Of a stretch of DNA of 64,000 nucleotides, positions 17,993 through 26,337 are shown one piece after another. Below the pieces are notes generated by a model that saw nothing but the letters and a program-made list of their open reading frames with translations, made no database searches and had not been told where the DNA came from. The stretch covers positions 32,001 through 96,000 of the forward strand of contig CAXWPH010000005.1 in assembly GCA_963666055.2 (NCBI GenBank). Reading direction: 5' to 3'. Both the position numbers and the translations under genes were made by a program. The stretch is from Acidobacteriota bacterium (GTDB lineage: Bacteria; Acidobacteriota; UBA890; WLXD01). Positions within the stretch are counted from its first letter, which is position 1. Every line of letters starts with the position of its first letter.

Positions 17993-18803
17993 CGCTGCAC
18001 CTTCTTGATCCGGGCACCAACGCCACGTACGCCCCCACTGGATCCTGAAGCACCGCATATGCGTACCCCCGATCGTTCGCCGGTGTCTCCTTGATGATCT
18101 TACCCCCTTCCTGCGGTACGCGACGGAGACTTTCGGCGAGGTCGCCAACGGGGAGGTAGAGCATCCAGACAGGCGGCACATCCAGGTTCACGCCGCGGGC
18201 ATGGCAGACGCCCGCCGCGGCGTTTCCATCATCGCCGAGCATATTGTAGTCGGCGTAGCGCTTGCTCGCGTCGTCCATCTCGACGTCCTTCGCGCTCCAG
18301 CCAACGACCTGTCCGTAGAACTCACGAGTTGCCGTGGCGTCAGATACCGTCAAGTCGAGCCAGGCGACGCATCCCACAGGCGCCGACGGGTCGCGAGATG
18401 CGGCGCCGTCTGATGCGGAAATTTCGTCCGCAGAAACGACTGGAATGATCCCGAACGCCGCCCCATTGGGATCGAGCAGCACCGCCCACTGGCTCTTTCC
18501 ATCGTCGTCCTTGCCATGCATGAGCTCGCTCCCGCCCAGACCCAGGGCACGCTCAACACTCGTTGCGACATCATCGACCTGAATGTGCGGCATCCATTGG
18601 AGCGGGAGCATCTCATGCTCCGTGCTACGCGCGCCCAATCCGATGATCGGCATGCCGAGGTTGTTCATTAGATCCTCGCGCCAAAGCGGGCTCTCACCCG
18701 TGCTGAGTACACGCGAGTAGAAGCGCACTTCACGTTCGTGTTCGGGAACGGCGATGTCGGCGCTGAGGACTCCGCCGACGCGTGGAGCAAAGGGGTCACT
18801 CAT
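17976..18803 (-). CDS. VOC family (glyoxalase-like) double-domain protein, integron cassette gene
   Basis: WLDLTVSDA, FYGQVVGW, WMLYLPVGDL and LQDPVGA; reads into attC; GTTAGGC core at 18876-18870 upstream. Confidence 0.85.
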   Translation of the reverse strand: MSDPFAPRVGGVLSADIAVPEHEREVRFYSRVLSTGESPLWREDLMNNLGMPIIGLGARSTEHEMLPLQWMPHIQVDDVATSVERALGLGGSELMHGKDDDGKSQWAVLLDPNGAAFGIIPVVSADEISASDGAASRDPSAPVGCVAWLDLTVSDATATREFYGQVVGWSAKDVEMDDASKRYADYNMLGDDGNAAAGVCHARGVNLDVPPVWMLYLPVGDLAESLRRVPQEGGKIIKETPANDRGYAYAVLQDPVGAYVALVPGSRRCSGLTIA

Positions 18804-18869
18804 GGTTTGACCTTCTCGAAGAATCGTGCCGGGTGAGGTCACACTTCGTGTCGGTTTGATCCGGGGTCG

Positions 18870-18930
18870 GCCTAACTAGTATTCGACTGCATTCATCGAT
18901 CCGCCATGGTTGACGATTCCCGCGTCTAAC
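18870..18930 (-). mobile_element. Cassette-start core site and upstream candidate attI or degenerate empty cassette
   Basis: Minus strand GTTAGAC (18930-18924) and GTTAGGC (18876-18870); the latter is the exact complement of the GCCTAAC in the downstream attC. Confidence 0.55.
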
Positions 18931-19048
18931 GCAACGGCCACGAGAGCTCCAAGTTACTGAGTGGAAAGGAATTGAACGGTCATGGCGAGGACGGCTGGCT
19001 GCGAGGTCCGCGGCTAAGGATCCCGGCGGAAACTCGGGGCGCTCGCGT

Positions 19049-19130
19049 CTAAGCGTCTTCGAGTTCATCGGCCGGGCTGACCACACCTCGGCCTTTGTTC
19101 AGGACGTGGGGTGTAGATAATCGTCGTCTT
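19049..19130 (-). pseudogene. intI: Integron integrase C-terminal remnant
   Basis: KTTIIYT/+1 frameshift/HVLNKGRGVVSPADELEDA*, matching the IntI tail TTMIYTHVLNRGGxGVxSPLD. Confidence 0.75.
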
Positions 19131-19157
19131 GGACAGGGTACGATTCGGACCGTCGAG

Positions 19158-19331
19158 GAAGTCCTGCTCCTCCCGCATCGACTGGGTAACCAGTGGAAAC
19201 TAGTCGGGTGACGAGCGCTAGCGAGGAGCCAACCAGTCCCCCCTGCTTGTCGGCGCCGATGTTGTCCGCAGGAGCGAAGCGACGAGGACTAGCCCCTCAG
19301 GGCTACAACATCGAGAGCCAGACTTCGGCCC
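19158..19331. repeat. Structured ~175-bp repeat, copy 1
   Basis: Homologous to 24526-24702; GAAGTC...GACTTC closing stem and nested hairpins. Confidence 0.8.
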
Positions 19332-19562
19332 TTTTGGTCGGAAGGTGCGAGCGTGCGAGCTCCTGACGATCCCGACAGCCGTCGAAACGATAGGAAGCGG
19401 AAAAGGGGCGAAAGTCGGGCTCGTGCCCGACAAGCAGGGGGAACCCGTAAATGCCTATCCCACAAGGGTTTTGTGGGAACCCCTACCCCTACAAACCCTA
19501 GACAACTCCGCCTTCGGAGCCAGGAAACTTTCACACTTACTTACACATTCGCGTGACGAACA

Positions 19563-19631
19563 GGACTCAAAATCCGGTGGGCTTACGCTCGTGAGGGTTC
19601 GAGTCCCTCCCTCGGTACTTTTGTTTTCAAC
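19563..19631 (+). repeat. 3' portion of tRNA-Leu(CAA), att-like direct repeat 2
   Basis: 69-bp identity with 17758-17826, starting in the anticodon stem; runs into hairpin GTTTTCAACGACC-TAT-GGTTGTTGAAAAC. Confidence 0.85.
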
Positions 19632-19712
19632 GACCTATGGTTGTTGAAAACCAGCGGCGCCCGCTGACTTCTACCAGATAGGCACGAGGTCCGGAGCGTA
19701 CGCCATCGGTCG

Positions 19713-21479
19713 TTAGCGGACACCTGGGAGCGAAATCCTCTCTTCACGGATCTCATGTACGACCCTACCGTCGAAGACCGTCATGTCAGTGCGGACTTTG
19801 TGGATCTCGAGCTCCGGTACTGCGAAGAGGTTCTTCTCGAGAACGACGAGGTCTGCCAGCTTGCCGACCTCGATCGAGCCTCGCTCCAGCTCATCGAAGG
19901 ACAGGTATGCACCGGAGATCGTGTAGGCGGCGATCGCCTCCGCCAGGGTGATCCTCTCGTTCGGTGCCCAGGACTCGTCGGTTTGGCCGTAGGTATCGAC
20001 TCCGCCGAGGTGTCTGCGCGTGACCGCAACCTCGAGCCCGTCCAAAGGGCGCAATGAGGTCACAGACCAGTCGGTTCCCCACACGAGTCGGGCACCGGCC
20101 TGCAGGAGCGTGCGGTGGTTGTAGACCCGTTGAGCCCGATCCGCTCCGAGGTGTCTCAAGTTGTAGATAGCCGTCCAATCATCGCCCTTGCCCCAGAAGG
20201 GTGTCATGTTCGCGGCCACCCCCAACAGGCGCAGACGCGGTACGTCGGCCGGATCGATCAGTTGCACATGCGCCATGTTGTGGCGCGCGTCGCGCGGGCC
20301 ATTGGCCCGGCGAACGGCCTCGAACGCATCGAGAGATTCCCGCACCGCCCGATCACCGATGGCATGGATCTGGACCTGGAAGCCCTCTCGGTCAAGACGC
20401 GTGACCACCCGTTTCAGCCGTTCCGCTTCAACATGGGGTTCGTAGACAACGGGTTGGTCGCTGTATGGCTCGAGGAGTGCTCCGGTGCGTTGCTCGATGA
20501 TGCCGTCGTTGCCGATCTTGATACAGGTCGCTCGGAGGTTGCCTGAGGAGAGTTCCTGGCGCCGAGCGATGAACTCCCGGATCTGCTCCTCGTCATCACG
20601 GGAAGGGCTGTAGCGCTGGCAGGTCACGGCCCGCAGGTTCATCTCGCCAGCGCTCAGCAGACGCGCGTAGAGTCGCTCCCCCTCCGCCGAGGATGAAGCG
20701 TCGTGGATCGAGGTGATCCCGAGACGAGTGAACTCGGTGAAGGCGCGCCGCAAGCCATCGACGCGTTCCTGATCTGTTGCCGGCGGCATGTGGCGGCGCA
20801 CGAGACCCTGTGCGCTGTCGATCAATAGGCCTGTCGGCTCGCCGTTCTCGTCGCGCCTGATGATGCCGTTGACTGGGTCGGGCGTTGCCGCTGTGATGCC
20901 GGCGATCTCCAAGGCACGGCTGTTCACCCAAGCGGCGTGCGTGCCGGAAAAGGTCAGGTAAGCAGGTCGATCGGTGACAATCTCATCGAGCATGTAGCGA
21001 TCCGGGTTCCCGGAAGGCTTGAAGGCGTCTGCTTCCCAGCCACGACCGACGATCCAATCGAGCTCGGGATGAGCCTGCGCGTATTCTTCGAGGAGGCGAA
21101 AGACCTCGTCTCGATCAAAGACACCGTTGAGCCGAATCCGGCCCAGGCCGGCCCCCCCACCGGCCGGGTGAACATGTGAATCCTGGAAACCGGGCAACAT
21201 CATGCGGCCGCGAAGGTCGACGACCGGTGTTCCAGCGCCGACGAACGGCACCGCACCGTCGTCAGTGCCTACGTAGACGATGCGGTTGCCCGCGACAGCT
21301 ACTGCCGAGGCCCAACTGCGCGCAGCATCGACCGTGTAGATCGCACCATTGCGAAATACCAGGTTCGCTACCTGACGCCCGTTGTGCTCCCCGATTGGCC
21401 CATCGTTCGCCGGAAGAACCGGTGTCGCGGGGGCCACAACAAGCAACAGGCTCAGCGCCGTCCTAGCCGTGAAACTCAT
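19713..21479 (-). CDS. Amidohydrolase (YtcJ-like, amidohydrolase 3), secreted
   Basis: PGFQDSHVH, WVNSRAL, HAIGDRAV and IEVGKLADLVVL; ATG 21479 with GGAGG upstream. Confidence 0.9.
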   Translation of the reverse strand: MSFTARTALSLLLVVAPATPVLPANDGPIGEHNGRQVANLVFRNGAIYTVDAARSWASAVAVAGNRIVYVGTDDGAVPFVGAGTPVVDLRGRMMLPGFQDSHVHPAGGGAGLGRIRLNGVFDRDEVFRLLEEYAQAHPELDWIVGRGWEADAFKPSGNPDRYMLDEIVTDRPAYLTFSGTHAAWVNSRALEIAGITAATPDPVNGIIRRDENGEPTGLLIDSAQGLVRRHMPPATDQERVDGLRRAFTEFTRLGITSIHDASSSAEGERLYARLLSAGEMNLRAVTCQRYSPSRDDEEQIREFIARRQELSSGNLRATCIKIGNDGIIEQRTGALLEPYSDQPVVYEPHVEAERLKRVVTRLDREGFQVQIHAIGDRAVRESLDAFEAVRRANGPRDARHNMAHVQLIDPADVPRLRLLGVAANMTPFWGKGDDWTAIYNLRHLGADRAQRVYNHRTLLQAGARLVWGTDWSVTSLRPLDGLEVAVTRRHLGGVDTYGQTDESWAPNERITLAEAIAAYTISGAYLSFDELERGSIEVGKLADLVVLEKNLFAVPELEIHKVRTDMTVFDGRVVHEIREERISLPGVR

Positions 21480-21585
21480 CGGTGGCCTCCTCGGTCTAGT
21501 GTCAACACACATGTACCCTGCAGCGTGGCCAGGCTAGTTCCCTGACAGGTTGCCGTCCAGGGCTGCCGTCGGTGGCTGACCCAGA

Positions 21586-24192
21586 CTACCGCTGCATCGT
21601 GAAAGTGAACTTAGCGGTGAGCGTGCGGTCGTCCAGGCGGTCGAACAGCCCTCCGAATGCCGTCGACTGCCGGTACACGAGGTAGAAGTCGTCGCCGGTG
21701 CGGTAGATGTAGCGCAACCGTACGAACGCTGATAGCTGGTCGGAGTCGCTGCTGTGTTGTAGCAGCGAGTCGACCAGCACGCGGTCGGAAAACGTCAGGT
21801 TGGCGCGTATCCGCCTCAGGTGGGTGTCGAAGCTGTCGCCGGGCAGATGGATGCGGTTGAAGCTGTACTGGGGGCTCAGGTTGAAGCGATCGCTGAACTT
21901 GAAGCTGGGCCCTCCGCCAATCCCGAAGCGGGTGCCGTCGTAGAACTCGCCCAGGTTGAAGGTAAGGTTGCCGCTCACCGCACGACGGGGAGCGGCGCGC
22001 AGGCTGATCTGGCCGTCGGTCCAGGAGTACTCGCCGATCGGAATGGTGACGTTCTCGTCGATTGGGAAATCGGTATCCAACAGCTCGTAGTTGCGGCTAA
22101 CGCGGAAACGCACGACGTCATTGGACTCCAGATCCAACTGCGTGCTCAGGCTCCCCAGCCGCGAGACCAATCGGCCACTGGTGTCCGTAATGCGCTCCAA
22201 TGAAGGGCTCACCGACACCCGCCGCATTAGCGGCCAGCTCGGGCGCGTCGACCAGCGCCCCTGGTATTTGTAGCGCACGATGTCCTGCCGCAGGATGAAG
22301 CCGAGATCGCTGTCAAAGTCGTCGGCCACATAGGTGACATCGCCTCCGAGTCCCCACGCTTCGGTGTCCCACCCGGCGCTGAGCTGCCCCACCCAGGAGG
22401 TGCCATCGATGTCGTTGTCCTGGCCACCGGCCACGAACCCCGACAGGAACAAGTGGTTGAACAGTATGAGATTGGTGTCGACGCCGAACACGCGATTGTA
22501 CTGGCCGTCGCGACCCTGGACGTTTGTGACCAGCGCGCCGACACTGGATCGATCAAGAACCGACTGCTTCCAGCGGAAGGCGGTGTAGTTCTGCCCGGCG
22601 CCGAACTGTGAGTCCCCGGTCTGTACGTTGACGAAACCGAGGTTGCCGCTGCCGATCGTCCCCGTTAGCTTGCCGCCGTAGCGAATCGGTACCGGCTGCC
22701 CCTCGGGCCCCAGGCCAATGCGACGCGAGAAGAACAGCAGTGCCAGCGGCGGTTGCCGCTGGAAGCCGCCGCCGCCCCCTGCCACACCCCGACGACTGAG
22801 CGTGCCGAAGGTGAAGTTGTCGGCAGCCTCCAGGAAGAACTCGCGTTGCTCCGGAAAGAACAGCGAGAAGCGCGTCAGGTTGACCTGCTGGGTGTCGGCC
22901 TCGACCTCGGCGAAGTCGGTGTTCACCGTCAGGTTCGCAGTGAGGCTGGGGGTCAGTTGTACCTGAAACCTCTCGATGCCGATATCGCCCCTGCCCTCGG
23001 AGAGCGGATCGTCGCGCTGCTGGAACGAGTCGTAGCCCCCGGTCACAAAGGGCTTGAGACGGAACCGGTCGGTGAGCGCCAGCTCCTGCAGCCCGACGAG
23101 GTTGCCGTACTGTGAGACGGCCAGCCAGTTGTAGTCGCGGCTGAGGTTGTTCCAGTTGATGCGCTCCTTGTTATGTGCAACCTCGCGCTCGAACTCGATG
23201 CCCCAGACGTTGCTGCCGGTCGGATACCGCAGCGCGGCAAAGGGGATGGCGAGCTCGGCCTCCCAGCCGCGTTCGGTGATGCTCGCGGCGGCCTCCCAGC
23301 TCTCGTCCCAGTTCATGTTGAGCTGACTCTCGTCGGTTATCGTGTAATCGAACTTGGCGCCGAGCGCGTTGACCTGAAAGCCGAAGGCGTTGCGGCGGTC
23401 GCGAAACGGGTCCAGGAAGACCGCCGCATAGTCCTCCCCGCCCATTGTCGCGTCGCGTCGCATGTCGTTGGCGACGATCTTGTCGGGTTCATCGTCGAAG
23501 TTGATCCAGCCGACGTACAGGTTGTCGTCGTCGTACAGAACGCGCACCTCGGTGCGCTTCGTCGGCGCCACGCGGTTGTCGGGATCCTTCTGGACGAAGT
23601 CGCTCACCACGTCCGCCAGCTCCCAGGCCGCGTCGTCGATCCGACCGTCGAGGACGGGGGGCGTGTTTGTCCGCGTCGCGGCAGCGCGTTTGCCGTCGAT
23701 GGGCAGGTCAGCCGTGAATCCCGAAGCCGCGCCTGTGTCCGTCCGCGGCACCGTGTCGCCGACGGAGTCGACGTTAGCGAGCATCAGCGTCGGGGCTTCG
23801 CTTTCTGGCGGCGTCGGGTCGTTTGCTGGCGTGATGATAGGGGCAGCCGCGACCGAGGGATCGGGCATCGTGCCGGAAACCTCGGATCCGTCCGGGATCG
23901 CGCCCGGGCTCGGTGTGTCGGACGGCGGTGTCGGCGGCAGTGTCGAGGGCAACGGGACAGGGCCGGTCTCGCCGGGTCGAATCATCCGCACCGGGATGCT
24001 CCGTCGACCCTGGCGCACCGGGCTCGCAGACTCGCCGGGCTGAACGAGGCGCACCGGAATCTGCCGTCGACGCGGTTCCTGCTCGTCGCGCTGTTGCTGG
24101 GCGATCACGGCCGGGCTGGCCAGCGTCACGGCGACGGCGGCGAGAGTCAGCGCCCCGCGCCCTGCTGCACCCAGCCCCGGCGTCAGGTTCAT
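21586..24192 (-). CDS. DUF5916 / CBM9-like domain outer-membrane protein
   Basis: PVLDGRIDDAAW, GWEAELAIPFAALRY, TVNTDFAEVEAD, LFFPEQREFFLE and FFSRRIGL; Pro-rich N-terminal linker. Confidence 0.85.
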   Translation of the reverse strand: MNLTPGLGAAGRGALTLAAVAVTLASPAVIAQQQRDEQEPRRRQIPVRLVQPGESASPVRQGRRSIPVRMIRPGETGPVPLPSTLPPTPPSDTPSPGAIPDGSEVSGTMPDPSVAAAPIITPANDPTPPESEAPTLMLANVDSVGDTVPRTDTGAASGFTADLPIDGKRAAATRTNTPPVLDGRIDDAAWELADVVSDFVQKDPDNRVAPTKRTEVRVLYDDDNLYVGWINFDDEPDKIVANDMRRDATMGGEDYAAVFLDPFRDRRNAFGFQVNALGAKFDYTITDESQLNMNWDESWEAAASITERGWEAELAIPFAALRYPTGSNVWGIEFEREVAHNKERINWNNLSRDYNWLAVSQYGNLVGLQELALTDRFRLKPFVTGGYDSFQQRDDPLSEGRGDIGIERFQVQLTPSLTANLTVNTDFAEVEADTQQVNLTRFSLFFPEQREFFLEAADNFTFGTLSRRGVAGGGGGFQRQPPLALLFFSRRIGLGPEGQPVPIRYGGKLTGTIGSGNLGFVNVQTGDSQFGAGQNYTAFRWKQSVLDRSSVGALVTNVQGRDGQYNRVFGVDTNLILFNHLFLSGFVAGGQDNDIDGTSWVGQLSAGWDTEAWGLGGDVTYVADDFDSDLGFILRQDIVRYKYQGRWSTRPSWPLMRRVSVSPSLERITDTSGRLVSRLGSLSTQLDLESNDVVRFRVSRNYELLDTDFPIDENVTIPIGEYSWTDGQISLRAAPRRAVSGNLTFNLGEFYDGTRFGIGGGPSFKFSDRFNLSPQYSFNRIHLPGDSFDTHLRRIRANLTFSDRVLVDSLLQHSSDSDQLSAFVRLRYIYRTGDDFYLVYRQSTAFGGLFDRLDDRTLTAKFTFTMQR

Positions 24193-24326
24193 GAGCTATC
24201 TCTCCCCCGAGCCACCCCGCCCGCGTGAATCGGAACGGCGCCAAAGTTGGCATTCTGCCACGTCGGATGTCTAATCTGATCAAGCTCGTGGTCGCCGCCC
24301 AGACCATGACGGCCAACAGCGGACTA

Positions 24327-24356
24327 GCGCTCACCGACCGGTTCCGTCTCAAGCCC
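24327..24356. repeat. 30-bp exact inverted copy of 23050-23079
   Basis: GCGCTCACCGACCGGTTCCGTCTCAAGCCC is the reverse complement of 23050-23079 inside the DUF5916 gene. Confidence 0.85.
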
Positions 24357-24525
24357 GATCGGCGGGTGGCGACTACCTACCCGTGGTACTTCTAGCCGAC
24401 GGCTCGGTGGGGGCCGTCACGCCGATTCAGGACGAACGACGGGGTCGCTGGAGCTTCACCTGGTGGCGGTTCAGTCGGCGGATGCGGGTCGAATTAGTTG
24501 CTGGCGCGCGCCATCTTCTCTTGGC

Positions 24526-24702
24526 GGGACGAAGTCCTGCTCCTCCCCTATCGACTGGGTAACCCGTGGAAACCAGTCGAGCGATTCGCATCAGCGATCG
24601 CTAACAAGTCCCCCAGCTGTCGGAGCCGATGTTGTCCGCAGGAGCGGAGCTCCGAGGACTAGCCCCAACAGGGCTACAACTTCGAGAGCCAGACTTCGTC
24701 CC
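24526..24702. repeat. Structured ~175-bp repeat, copy 2
   Basis: Perfect 11-bp terminal inverted repeat GGGACGAAGTC...GACTTCGTCCC; homologous to 19158-19331. Confidence 0.8.
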
Positions 24703-24734
24703 TTTGTGAGGCCGGTACACGGCTCGAGGAGACG

Positions 24735-26327
24735 GTGGCCGAGACCGAGCAGTGGGCGCAGCGTCGCGTCAACTTGTCCGACCTCGCGGGGCAGACGGTG
24801 TCGCTGACCCTGGAGGCGAATGCGGATCACGCCGGCAGCGTCGCGCTCTGGGGGGCACCGACCCTGAGCGGAGCCCGCACCAAGGAGACACCCAACATCA
24901 TCTTCTATGTGATCGACGGTGGTGGGGCTGACCTCATGAGCCTGTATGGCTACAACCGGCGTACCACCCCGCACCTGGTACGGATAGCCGCTGAGGGCGC
25001 GGTCTTCAACTACGCCTACAGCAACTCCACCTGGACGCGCCCCTCGACGCTGTCGTTCCTCACCTCGCTGCAGCACAGCGTGCTCGGGGGCCTCAGGAAC
25101 GGCCGCAACACGGCCCCTGAAGAGGTACTGACCATCCCACAGCACCTGCGGCGGGCCGGATACCAGACAGCCTTTTTCACGTCGAATCCCAATGCTGGCA
25201 GAATCAGCGGTCTTGATCGAGGCATCGATGTCCTCCGCGACGCGGGAGGCGGCGACAACTCCACCTCGTCCATGGAGCTGCACGGCGATTTCTGGCGGTG
25301 GCGTGCGGCGTACCCTGCCGAACCCTATTGGGTACGCTTCCAGACCACCGACGTCCACGCACCGAACACTCCGGTACCACCCTTCGCCGGCCTGTATGTG
25401 AGTCCGGATCAGCGAGCGACCTACAGGGCGTGGATGCGCCAGATCGACGCAGCCGGGGGCTCGTTCCCATACTCGGACGCCTTCGAGAAGACCGGCATCA
25501 ATCGACAGGCGTTCTTCGACGTCGCCCGCGGCCTCTACGACGAGACGATGGCGCATCAGGACTACCAGCTCGGGCGCTTCGTCGAGCGGCTGAAGGCGAC
25601 GGGGGACTGGGACAATACGCTGCTGATCGTGGCGGCGGATCGCGGGCACATCGCCGGCAGCGAGCATTTTGGTGTCGGGCTCGCCGACCCTATGCCCGCC
25701 ATGTGGGAAATCGCGATGGCGAGTTCCTACCACACGCGGGTTCCACTGGTGATCGTCTGGCCCGCTCGCATCCGCGGGGGGCAGCGGTTCGACGAACCTG
25801 TCTCGATGATCGATGTGCTGCCGACGGTTCTGGCCCTCGCGGGCTTGCCGATGCCGGATGTCATGCAAGGACAATCGCTCGCGCCTCTCTTGCTGGGCAA
25901 CGAAGGATGGGAGCCACGCCCGGTGATCCTCGATGAGTTCGACGTCGATCCCGGCACCGACGAGCTCCGAGGAACGATCGAAGTGATCGACGGGCGCTGG
26001 GCGGCGTCGCTGTTCATCGACCCACGTCCTGGCATGTCAACTCTGCCGCTCAGAGGTCATCACGACGGGCTCGCGGCCAAGAAGGCGGCATGGAATCAGC
26101 GCCCGCAGAGCGTCCCACGCCTGCTGTTGTACGACCTGTGGAGCGATCCGCGAGCCTTTTACAGCGTGCATGAGGAACACCCTGCGCTAGTCGAGCACTA
26201 CACGGCGTTCCTTGAGGCGCAGTTCGAGGCACACGAGTTGCTGGCGCAGAAGTTCACGCCAGGCGAGGATTCGCCACTGACTCCTGAGCAGCTACGGTCT
26301 CTTCGGGCACTTGGCTACATCCAGTGA
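24735..26327 (+). CDS. Sulfatase-like hydrolase, probably 5'-truncated
   Basis: [27 protein letters not shown] and LRALGYI motifs; begins mid-domain with no signal peptide right after the repeat. Confidence 0.75.
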   Translation: MAETEQWAQRRVNLSDLAGQTVSLTLEANADHAGSVALWGAPTLSGARTKETPNIIFYVIDGGGADLMSLYGYNRRTTPHLVRIAAEGAVFNYAYSNSTWTRPSTLSFLTSLQHSVLGGLRNGRNTAPEEVLTIPQHLRRAGYQTAFFTSNPNAGRISGLDRGIDVLRDAGGGDNSTSSMELHGDFWRWRAAYPAEPYWVRFQTTDVHAPNTPVPPFAGLYVSPDQRATYRAWMRQIDAAGGSFPYSDAFEKTGINRQAFFDVARGLYDETMAHQDYQLGRFVERLKATGDWDNTLLIVAADRGHIAGSEHFGVGLADPMPAMWEIAMASSYHTRVPLVIVWPARIRGGQRFDEPVSMIDVLPTVLALAGLPMPDVMQGQSLAPLLLGNEGWEPRPVILDEFDVDPGTDELRGTIEVIDGRWAASLFIDPRPGMSTLPLRGHHDGLAAKKAAWNQRPQSVPRLLLYDLWSDPRAFYSVHEEHPALVEHYTAFLEAQFEAHELLAQKFTPGEDSPLTPEQLRSLRALGYIQ

Positions 26328-26337
26328 GTTGAAGAGG

